Positions 49,597 through 58,228 of a DNA stretch of 64,000 bases are shown one piece after another. The position numbers and the translations under genes were made by a program. The notes beneath the pieces were generated by a model. The model did not search any database. It worked only from the letters and a program-made list of their open reading frames with translations, and had not been told where the DNA came from. Origin of the DNA: a virus (taxonomy: Duplodnaviria > Caudoviricetes); IMG/VR virus record IMGVR_UViG_3300035507_000332; one strand, 5' to 3'. The stretch's first letter is position 1. Every line of letters starts with the position of its first letter.

Positions 49597-49859
49597 ATAA
49601 AACCGTGACTTTGATAGCGACCTGCCGTTCCTGCGGCAGGTCAGAAAGGGTAAATGTAACAGAGAAAGATTGGTTGTTCGTCAAAAAACGTGGACAATCG
49701 CCTCTAAATGCCTTTCCTTACCTCTCTGAGGACGTTCGCTATAGATTAGCCCATGGGCTATGCCTAACGTGTTCTAGGGGCAATTCTGAGCCAAGAAATG
49801 AAAACCGTGATAATATGTCCTCCGAACAAGAATCCACTAGCAAGCACCCGACTAACTAA
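49593..49859 (+). CDS. small zinc-finger protein
   Basis: CRSC...CLTC. Confidence 0.5.
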   Translation: MNKTVTLIATCRSCGRSERVNVTEKDWLFVKKRGQSPLNAFPYLSEDVRYRLAHGLCLTCSRGNSEPRNENRDNMSSEQESTSKHPTN

Positions 49860-50433
49860 GTTGGGGTATGAGTGGGAGACTTTTTGGAGCAATGACATTG
49901 AGTTATCGGACACTCGCCAGTCTGAATGCCTAACCTTTATGCGTGGGCGAAGTCTAGAAAACCTAGAGCAACGCCCACATGTAAGGCATCTACGTAACAA
50001 TTGGCAGAAGATTCTCGTCAATTATGCCGATTCTGACGAGAAAGTGCTATTTCTTGAGGAGGACGCATGTCCCCAGATTACAGCAGAAGACTTAGAAGAA
50101 GCAGTTGATAGGGAATTATCCAGCTACAAGGTCGATATCCTGCGCCTGTTCCAGACGTTGGTAAACAGCAATGGAGGAAGGCATCTGTTCAGCAAGAATT
50201 CTGAATTTGAGTGGTTTAGAGATTCAAGTTTGTGCCAGTATACCGACTACCACTATGGGTCACATGCCTATTTTATACCAAAAAGGTCAAGAATTGCCAT
50301 GGCACGTATCTTCAGTTCGTACCGACTACCAACAGACACAGCAGTAGAAATGGCCTGTGCCAAGGGAGACTTGGTAATGAGAGTTTCAAGAGACAATCTT
50401 TTCACGCAAGGAGTACATGGAAGCACGCTCTGA
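49798..50433 (+). CDS. GT25-like glycosyltransferase
   Basis: VLFLEEDA, YGSHAYFI, PTD. Confidence 0.6.
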   Translation: MKTVIICPPNKNPLASTRLTKLGYEWETFWSNDIELSDTRQSECLTFMRGRSLENLEQRPHVRHLRNNWQKILVNYADSDEKVLFLEEDACPQITAEDLEEAVDRELSSYKVDILRLFQTLVNSNGGRHLFSKNSEFEWFRDSSLCQYTDYHYGSHAYFIPKRSRIAMARIFSSYRLPTDTAVEMACAKGDLVMRVSRDNLFTQGVHGSTL

Positions 50434-51103
50434 TAAATCAACGTACTATTGCAAGCACTGCGACTGGAGTGGCAATGTAGAATTCTACAACGACGGAAAC
50501 TTCTACTCTGTAGGAAGGGAAAGTGGAAAATTCTATGTCACTAACGGTTGTATTCTCACATTAGCGTGGGATAGTTGGCCAGCAGAACAGGTCTACTTGA
50601 AAAATTCTAAGTGGATAGGCTCAAGGATGGTACTAACCAAGTTCGACGGACAAACAGACGTCGTTAATCTTAACCAAAATACTCAAGTTTCCAGTATCAA
50701 AGTTGTAGTCTCCGACTGCAATCAGTACAAAGAAGGATATTTCAACGCTGGGCTACCAAACTTCGACTGTAGAGACCGATTGCCATTTGCCGACAACTCA
50801 CTTAGCGAACTAGTAATGGAGGAGGGTATTTTCAAAATACTGACGCCTAGCCAGATGTACCTATTTTGTGAGGATGCACTTAGAATGTTACAGCAGGATG
50901 GCAAGCTAGAGCTTCAATTCTCCTCTATCGAAGAACTAACCGCCAAGAAGTCCAACCAAGATGCTGTAAAAGCTCTAAAGGACTACATGCTAGCAGGGAA
51001 TCACAAGAATTTTCCTAGCAAAACAGGGTACGTACAGATGCTATCAATTTTAGGCTTTACTGTAAAAGAGAGCGTAGGAAAAATCACAGCGGTAAAGCAA
51101 TAA
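50417..51103 (+). CDS. beta module plus degenerate SAM-methyltransferase-like domain
   Basis: LPFADNS..RMLQQDGKL; N-terminal HxxW..WDxW module. Confidence 0.45.
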   Translation: MEARSDKSTYYCKHCDWSGNVEFYNDGNFYSVGRESGKFYVTNGCILTLAWDSWPAEQVYLKNSKWIGSRMVLTKFDGQTDVVNLNQNTQVSSIKVVVSDCNQYKEGYFNAGLPNFDCRDRLPFADNSLSELVMEEGIFKILTPSQMYLFCEDALRMLQQDGKLELQFSSIEELTAKKSNQDAVKALKDYMLAGNHKNFPSKTGYVQMLSILGFTVKESVGKITAVKQ

Positions 51104-51104
51104 A

Positions 51105-51863
51105 ATGGACGAACAAAAACCTATCATAGCTCTAGTATTCAACAATCTGGACCAAGACTACTCTAAGACAATCGACAACAACGTCGATTTGGTGGCACGC
51201 TTCAATATGTTCCCCACTGGGGGCAAGTACGGCACGAAAACCGATATGGTATTTGCCTACATGCCAGACATCGTGGATGAATTATTTGAAGCCGATCTTC
51301 CAGGAGTCGATTACTACATGGTAGGAGAGGTGTACAAAGACTCTACAGACGCCTGCAAGAAAAGATTCCCTAATATCAAAAACCACAAGATGCCTATCGC
51401 CAACTGGAGAAGCTTGGCAAAGTCATCAATTCGTGCGTGGGCATTGAATTTTTTATTGTATAAGTACCAAGACTATGATATAGGAGTCCTCGGTGACTTA
51501 CCAAGCAATGCCAGTGAACAAGAGCAGTGGTTTGTAGACAACCTAAAGTCTAGTGGCTTAGTTGGTCAATGGACGAGAGCTTATGGAGGAGCGCAAGTAT
51601 TCTCTAAAGTGAACGACCCAGACCGCCAACCACCTCTCTACACGTCGGTCTATTGTGAGACTCCCTATTGGACTGACGACATCATTGTCATTGGTTACCG
51701 TACCTATCGAAACCAAGCTCCACAGGAAACCGCCATGCTTGTTGAGTATGTACCCAACGAGAAGCTCGTTATCCAGTGGGACGGTTATGGAGTCCAAGAA
51801 TTCAGGATGCACGAAGATGGTCAACGCTTCATCTCTGGACGAGAATTCTACTTCGACTGGTAA
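51105..51863 (+). CDS. divergent GT29-like protein with C-terminal beta module
   Basis: IDNNVDLVARFN..YGTKTD; C-terminal QWDGYG. Confidence 0.5.
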   Translation: MDEQKPIIALVFNNLDQDYSKTIDNNVDLVARFNMFPTGGKYGTKTDMVFAYMPDIVDELFEADLPGVDYYMVGEVYKDSTDACKKRFPNIKNHKMPIANWRSLAKSSIRAWALNFLLYKYQDYDIGVLGDLPSNASEQEQWFVDNLKSSGLVGQWTRAYGGAQVFSKVNDPDRQPPLYTSVYCETPYWTDDIIVIGYRTYRNQAPQETAMLVEYVPNEKLVIQWDGYGVQEFRMHEDGQRFISGREFYFDW

Positions 51864-51895
51864 AAAGCCAGTCCAACAAACAATCAAATACTACT

Positions 51896-52219
51896 ATGGC
51901 AACTAGCCCCAAATCTATATTTCCGCAATACCACTACGTGCAAGTAAGCAAAACTTCATTCTCCTGTGATACCCACCACTTGCAAAAGAACGGCAAAACC
52001 TGGTGGATGAAAGTACCTTTTCTTGACAAAGAAACTCAAGAAAGGCAAGAAGTTCGATTTTCTCTAAAGACCCCAGACGTCGAAAAAGCCAAGGAACTTC
52101 GGGACAAAATGCTCGCTTCTTTGGAAGAACAGTTCGAGGTCGTACAGTACGTACACGGTAAATTGGTCAAAGGCACGTTGGTAGATCCAACAAAAACGAC
52201 GCCTGTTACATACTTCTGA
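51896..52219 (+). CDS. small DNA-binding protein (integrase arm-binding-like)
   Basis: HHLQKNGKTWW..RFSLKTPDVEKAKELRD. Confidence 0.5.
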   Translation: MATSPKSIFPQYHYVQVSKTSFSCDTHHLQKNGKTWWMKVPFLDKETQERQEVRFSLKTPDVEKAKELRDKMLASLEEQFEVVQYVHGKLVKGTLVDPTKTTPVTYF

Positions 52220-52259
52220 TGGTACATCCCACAAGTTGGGAACTTGGTTAATTAGGACG

Positions 52260-52304
52260 AACTCCTGCAGGAAGCCAAAACTTCTTGCAGGAGTATTTTT
52301 TTAT
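52260..52304 (+). terminator. intrinsic terminator ending the + strand gene block
   Basis: ACTCCTGCAGGAAG-loop-CTTCTTGCAGGAGT plus T run. Confidence 0.85.
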
Positions 52305-53145
52305 TCTTGTTAAAATACCTCAGAAATTATTTTTTCCATATATTATTCTATACCTATAGAGGGAATAAAAGAGGGTTTTTAAGGGTATTTATCGCACTGC
52401 ACAGTATTGTGAAAATATTTGAGAGGTCGGCGGATATGGCTAGCCAGACTTTACTGAGAGTTGCTGATATTCAAAGAGTTATGGCTATAGATGCTAAGAT
52501 GCTACGCACTGGATGGTTGGTAATTGTTTCTTCTTTCAATACTCTATAAAACAAGCGACTGTCTTTCCACTATACCGTAGCTAAGAATTCTACCCTCGAA
52601 CTTAGTTGCTCAATTTGTTACTTACCACCTCGGAATTCTACCCACCCTTTTATCAATTCTAACCACGAATTCTCCTTTATTACCTCGGAATTCTAACTGT
52701 CCCAAATTTCTGATACACTTGTATACACAGTCGAATACGGAATTCTACCTCGGTTGTACCAAAAATTCTAGGCAGTTTGACTCCTTCCAGCTTACCCAAA
52801 TTCATACGTAACTCATTGCATTATCAATGCTTTACAGATGCCTTACCTTCGCCTTTGCCCTGCCTTCGCCTCCCCATAGGGTAGCCTTTCTTTTATCTAT
52901 ATTATACTAATACTACGTAGCCCACGAAGTGGTTATCGCTCATTCTAACCTCGCAGAATCGAATATCGAGTGGTGTGATGAGCTAGCGAAATCCGCCCAA
53001 ATAAGCGCTATTTTGCTAAATTTGACCTTGTTAGGGGTACAGGGCACTCGGCGGAAACATTGAATATCAACGAGTTACGAAGACGCTTTCTGAGAGGGTC
53101 GAGAACAGCCGAGGAAAGAGGGTAGTATCAAGGGGTAAGGATACA

Positions 53146-53174
53146 ATTGTACCACATAACGAACAGAAAGTCAA
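53146..53174 (-). promoter_or_regulatory. leftward sigma70 promoter into non-coding DNA
   Basis: TTGACT-17-TACAAT with extended -10 TG. Confidence 0.55.
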
Positions 53175-53289
53175 GCACTTAGATGTGAATTTTTCACTTT
53201 TTAGAATTTTATACAAATTCGCTTGACAAAAGGGAGGCGAAGTGCATCGAGGGACAGCCGAAGCACAGGATGAGGGAGGAGTCAAGCCA

Positions 53290-53370
53290 TTTATGTGTTT
53301 ATGTGTTTATGTGGTGTTTACTGTTTACTGTTTACTGTTTACTGTTTACTGTTTACTGTTTACTGTTTAC
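53290..53370. repeat. (TTTATGTG)3 then (TGTTTAC)8 tandem repeats
   Basis: read directly; two more TGTTTAC at 53447-53460. Confidence 0.95.
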
Positions 53371-53463
53371 AAAATGCACAAAAAGATAGGTTGTCAAGCC
53401 TTTTTCAGGCATAGAAGCAGAAAATAGTTGCGCAGGAAGTTCCTACTGTTTACTGTTTACAGC

Positions 53464-54207
53464 ATGTCAAAAGCAAATTATCCAGATCAGGCGAAGTTGT
53501 TCAAGATGTGTTACTACAATCCAGAGAATCCTTCTCTACCATTAGTTCGCAGGAAGACAGGCAAGCCTATTGGAGGAGTCTATTATCCAGAAGGTAGAAG
53601 GGCAGTCACCTACTATCGTCACTACTATAGAGGGACGTTGCAGATTTGCAGATTGGTTTGGGTATATTGGTGCGGAGTGAATCCCGATCAGAGAATTCTC
53701 CGAGAAGACAAGAATCCATTGAACAATCTAATGGAGAATCTATATGTACTCTATCACGGCAAGAAATACTTCCTGAGAGATATCGTCGAGATGCAGAGAG
53801 TGGAGGGAGGGAATTCTGAAAATCAACAGAACAATTATGTGCAACAGAATTCTCCTGCCGAAGAAGAAATTTCCGACCCTGAAGATAGATACGTCAGTCG
53901 CCCAGTGACGAGGGAAGAGATAGAAGAAGCGGAGAGAGAAGTAGCCGAGGCGAATGCCGAAGCCGAGCGAGAAGAGAGAGAAGCACGAGAACAATCGTTG
54001 AGAGCAACTTCCGAGATGGACGAAGAAGTGTACCGTCAATTTGGCAAGAGAAATATTCTTGACGTAACAGACGACGAGATACAGGAAATCCGAGAAAGAG
54101 AAGTGCGCTCAAAATTCTTGAAGTACCGCAATCAGACACAGCTGATGAAAGAGTTATTAGGAGTGAACGTACGAGTGGACGAAGACGACGATGCAATACC
54201 ATTATGA
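53464..54207 (+). CDS. degenerate HNH-domain protein with acidic coiled-coil tail
   Basis: CRLVW...REDKNPLNNLMENL; the HNH His positions are not His. Confidence 0.55.
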   Translation: MSKANYPDQAKLFKMCYYNPENPSLPLVRRKTGKPIGGVYYPEGRRAVTYYRHYYRGTLQICRLVWVYWCGVNPDQRILREDKNPLNNLMENLYVLYHGKKYFLRDIVEMQRVEGGNSENQQNNYVQQNSPAEEEISDPEDRYVSRPVTREEIEEAEREVAEANAEAEREEREAREQSLRATSEMDEEVYRQFGKRNILDVTDDEIQEIREREVRSKFLKYRNQTQLMKELLGVNVRVDEDDDAIPL

Positions 54208-54953
54208 GGGGTCAACCCACCCATTTTGCAAAAAGAGAATTTTGCGCAATTTTGACGACTTCGACCCCCGAAAAGGTGAAATTTTCCTTGCAAAACCGAG
54301 ATTTTGTGCGCTTTAGGGTAGCAGGGGTATTTTTGAATTTTCTTGACAATTGGGCGTAGCTGTGCGTGGGCTACCCTATTTTTGAATTTTGCATAAAACC
54401 AAATTGCCCATTGGGCTGCACTTTAGACGCCCCGATTATTGAAACTTCAGAGCGCAGGAAGTACACCCTGATTATTGAAAGTGGGCAGAGAATTTTTCTT
54501 GACAGGGAAGTTTGGCACGACCCCCTCATTTTTGAAAACGCACAGCCCCATTATTGAAAACCGAGGTTAGAAAATCTTGCCACCGATTTTTGAAACGCTG
54601 GGGAATATATATGGGCGACGAGTCGACCCACCCATTATTGAAATTTCGCAGGGTATTTTGCAGGGTGAGAATTCAGACTTCCCTATATATATATAGTGTG
54701 GTACAGTAGAGAGGTGATTGCATTACTAGAACTCAACGGTTGGTTAGTGCCATCGGCGGACGAATTGCCGATAGTCTTTTGGTACAGCTTCAAGCAATTT
54801 GTGCTATACGGAATTCTCCTGCTACTGGTGTGTGAGGTACAGAAGATAGCTACAGGCAACATGAACGTAGTTCCAGGCAACAAAATTCTGTGTGTGGTCA
54901 AGACGTTAGTGACGATAGGAATGACGAGCCACTTATTTTCTTCACTAATATGC

Positions 54954-55138
54954 TTGACGTACTTGGGCGTTTTGGGTATAATTGCGGCGTTGTGAGAATC
55001 TCTCACAGATGCGTCATAGGAAACTGTGTTGTGCAACCGCATCCGTCTGGAGTTATCATAATCTAACAAAGGGAAACATATTAGGTAAAAGTTCAACCGT
55101 CGGACCTAGAGTTTAGGTTCGGCGGTTGTTCTTTATTT
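54954..55138 (+). ncRNA. putative structured sRNA 1 (about 54989-55135), coordinates include its promoter
   Basis: TTGACG-17-TATAAT, nested stems with a GAAA tetraloop, 15-bp terminator. Confidence 0.55.
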
Positions 55139-55214
55139 AAGCCTACTACTATATATATAGTGTGTGCAAAAAACTATCTTGCGCCCGAGTACGGTTTTGC
55201 TGTAAAATTTAATT

Positions 55215-55877
55215 ATGAGTACCGCATACTTCGTCGGTTCGCTCGACCCGACCAACCTTACGCCATCAACTGGAATTCTCATCCACGAAAGCTTCATTGA
55301 CTACTACAGGGAAGGCAAGAAGATCGCCCAGGTACACATCGGACGTTCTTGCAATCACTACCCTTGGTTGAATACCGACAAACGAACTGATATCGTCAAG
55401 TGGGCGCATGTCGGCGAGTTATATTCTTCCAGAGTCTGGAGAGCTTGCCGTAATGGTGAACTCAACCTGATCGACTTCTTGAGCAATGACCGATTCTGGG
55501 TGGACGAATCTCTGGTGGCTAACAAGAAGAACGCCTCGCCTGAAGATGTCAAGCAAAAGCGTCTGCTCAAAAAAAAGAAAAACAAACAAAATAAAAAGCT
55601 TGACAAACTCGCAGCTAAAGAGGAATTCTCCGACATGGACTCTCCATCTTGTCAAGAAATTTCTAACCAGGACGACTTCACCCACGACCTCCTCGATGAT
55701 GATTCTCTCGGCGTCCTCGCTGTCTGTCAGACTATCGACTTCCTCGACGACTCGCCCACCGACTACGCCAAGAAACTGAACGAAGCTCTCTCCAACTCCT
55801 CGCCCACTTCAACTTCTGTCCTCACCGACGATTTCATCATTGAAGATTTTTTCACTCCTGAGCAAAAAAATTGTTGA
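55215..55877 (+). CDS. hypothetical protein (leaderless; basic linker, acidic tail)
   Basis: TTGCGC-18-TAAAAT 6 nt before the ATG; 220 aa. Confidence 0.65.
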   Translation: MSTAYFVGSLDPTNLTPSTGILIHESFIDYYREGKKIAQVHIGRSCNHYPWLNTDKRTDIVKWAHVGELYSSRVWRACRNGELNLIDFLSNDRFWVDESLVANKKNASPEDVKQKRLLKKKKNKQNKKLDKLAAKEEFSDMDSPSCQEISNQDDFTHDLLDDDSLGVLAVCQTIDFLDDSPTDYAKKLNEALSNSSPTSTSVLTDDFIIEDFFTPEQKNC

Positions 55878-56157
55878 CTCCTGCGCCCGACTGCGCTATA
55901 ATTCCGTCGTTCCAAATAGGAATGAGTTGAGGTCAACCCCAACGGTTTGCCTTTTCGTTCATAGTTCGTCTTTCCGTTGTCGGCTGAACTCCTCATTCTA
56001 ATTAGCGAACGGTCTGTCGTCGAGAGACGGTGGTATCCATGATTGAATTGAGTTAAAGCAGGTCTCTTGCTTCTCGCTCGGATTCTCTGAAGGTTTTTAT
56101 TGTTGTTTCTTTTCCCTTCTGTGAGTTCGGCTGAAGTAGGAGGCCTGTTTTATTTTT
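55874..56157 (+). ncRNA. putative structured sRNA 2 (about 55909-56157), coordinates include its promoter
   Basis: TTGACT-17-TATAAT, two long G.U-containing hairpins with pyrimidine-rich loops, terminal T run, no sizeable + strand ORF. Confidence 0.72.
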
Positions 56158-56161
56158 CGCT

Positions 56162-56598
56162 AAAAACCCCTGGGAATTTTTGAAAGCCCTAAATAATGCG
56201 TGCGCTCCGCTGCTCGCTCGATTTTTCGGAGGTGCGTACTACTACAGTTGGTAAATTCCCCTGCTGTTGGACAAATTCCCCTGCGAATTTTTTGTCGCCT
56301 AAATAATAGACCTCGCCCATTTTCTCAAAATTCCCCTGGACTTTTTTCGCTTCCCTAAATATACTTCCCTGTGCAAAATTTCTGCGCCTAAATAATGTAG
56401 GTGCGTATTCGACAAAATTCCCCCGAGATTTTCGTGCGCCCTAAATAATACGTCTTCGCTGAAGGCTCAAAATTCCCTGCGAATTTTTTAACGCCTAAAT
56501 AATGAGCCGAGCCTCGGCTCGGTGCTCGTAAAGGGAGGTGCGTGTTATACATAAAAACCCCTGGGAATTTTTGAAAGGCCCAAATAATATACGTGCGC
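56162..56598. repeat. degenerate 35-55 bp repeats ending in CCTAAATAAT
   Basis: 7 copies at 56188, 56298, 56354, 56387, 56440, 56494 and 56579 (variant). Confidence 0.8.
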
Positions 56599-56955
56599 AC
56601 GTGCGTGCGTGATGAAAAGGGAGGTGCGTATAGGTATGGGGGTGCGATAAAAATTTTATATGCCGAGGCATAAAATTTTATACAGCTTGGAATTCTTGAC
56701 TGCGCAATACATTATTTCTGGGGTCAAGTTTAGAAGCTGATCAGGTACGGTTGAGGACTGAACAGACGATTGAACAGATCTCCCCACGGATGGGCTAGAA
56801 ATAGGCTTAAAACTAGCCCTTGCTGTACGGATGGGCAGTTGTTCCACTCCGTACCCTAAGGCGGTTTCTAGGCTATTCTAGGAGCTTCTGTAGAAACTAG
56901 CCACTTCATCAGGGCACAAAAAAACCCCACCCCCGAAGGGGTGGGGCTGAGAGCT

Positions 56956-57270
56956 TCAGAGTTGGTTCTTGATGATGAACTTGATTCCGTTCTTCAGTTC
57001 GTAAGTTTTGAAGTGCGGATTCTCTCCCCACGCAAGGCAATCAACCATGATTCGAGAGACTGAACGCTTGGGATTGCGGACATTAAGGACTGCGTCCTTG
57101 CAGTTACCGTTGTAAACTCGGATAGTGAATCCGCTTGCTTCTTGGCGCATGGTGATGCGTTCTCCGTACTCACCCCAGAACATCTGAGAGTTGATGTAGT
57201 CCAGAATTGCTTCCTTGACTCTAGCGACTGCTTCAGCGTCGCTCCGTACTTGTTGTTCTTTTTCAGTCAT
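56956..57270 (-). CDS. early cassette hypothetical protein
   Basis: own promoter and terminator. Confidence 0.75.
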   Translation of the reverse strand: MTEKEQQVRSDAEAVARVKEAILDYINSQMFWGEYGERITMRQEASGFTIRVYNGNCKDAVLNVRNPKRSVSRIMVDCLAWGENPHFKTYELKNGIKFIIKNQL

Positions 57271-57519
57271 AGCGATGATTGAACTTGTGGTTCAGGCGAA
57301 GGGAAAAACCGCTCTCCCTTGCAACTGCGCATATTATAGCCGAACTCTGAACTAAGGTCAAGAACTTTTGAGAATTTTATTCAATATTTATTTTACAGCA
57401 GGAGGAACTTTTCCCTTGACAAAAAAACTTCTTGACAGTGGTTCAGAATTCCAGAGCTTTTGAGCTGATCAACCACGGCACAAAAAAACCCCTTGACAGA
57501 AGCCAAGGGGTTGAGTGGT

Positions 57520-58005
57520 TTAGAAGCTTTCGTCTTTTGGATACTTACTCGCTCGCTCCTTCACTAAACGGTTGATGCTTTTGATGAGCTTGTAGTATTT
57601 CTTCCAAGTGACTTGAGTTTCATCATTGATGAAGTCGAACTTGGCAACCGTGCGGAATCCGAACTTGTCGTTCTTTTGGACTTTGCCAAGCATTGCGTAT
57701 CCCTTGGTCACTTGGTGCTTGCCGTCTTGAGAAAGATTGAAGCTGAACTGAAAGAGTAGTTCCACAAAGCGGAAGTCCAGATAGTCCATATTGAAAAGCT
57801 TTTCCAAGTGGGACAAGTATTCAAAAACGATTGACTTGACGTCTTGACGGCTGAGATTCAGCTTGGGAAGAACGGCTTCTGTTCTCTCTGCCACATCCAA
57901 GAATTCAAGGAGGCGGTTGAGGTGATAGCGAGTGATGAGCAGGTTTCCCTTCTCATCGGTGATTCCCTGAAGTGGGAAACGGCGGATATTTCTAGGGTCT
58001 TCCAT
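57520..58005 (-). CDS. early cassette hypothetical protein
   Basis: own promoter and terminator. Confidence 0.75.
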   Translation of the reverse strand: MEDPRNIRRFPLQGITDEKGNLLITRYHLNRLLEFLDVAERTEAVLPKLNLSRQDVKSIVFEYLSHLEKLFNMDYLDFRFVELLFQFSFNLSQDGKHQVTKGYAMLGKVQKNDKFGFRTVAKFDFINDETQVTWKKYYKLIKSINRLVKERASKYPKDESF

Positions 58006-58228
58006 GATAGGAGAATGATTTGAGTTGATTGCAAGGGAAAGCGTATCCCTTGCGAACTGACGGCATTATACAGCAGAAGCTTGTGGCAGTCAAGAATTTT
58101 TTTAGAATAGAATTCAATTTTTTTGATCAGCGGAAGGAAAGATTTTCCTTGACAGGTACTAACAAAAAACCGCACCCCCGAAGGGATGCGGTTGGCTAGT
58201 AGTTGGCGGTTGTCAAGTAGAAAGTGAA

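Noticed and set aside
52307-53427. Short ORFs 52307-52549, 53067-53285 and 53242-53427
   Set aside because: Atypical composition; one is simply the translated heptamer repeat
54366-55096. ORFs 54366-54557, 54683-55096 and 54696-54995
   Set aside because: Non-ATG starts, overlap with repeats, promoter or structured RNA, and no recognisable motifs
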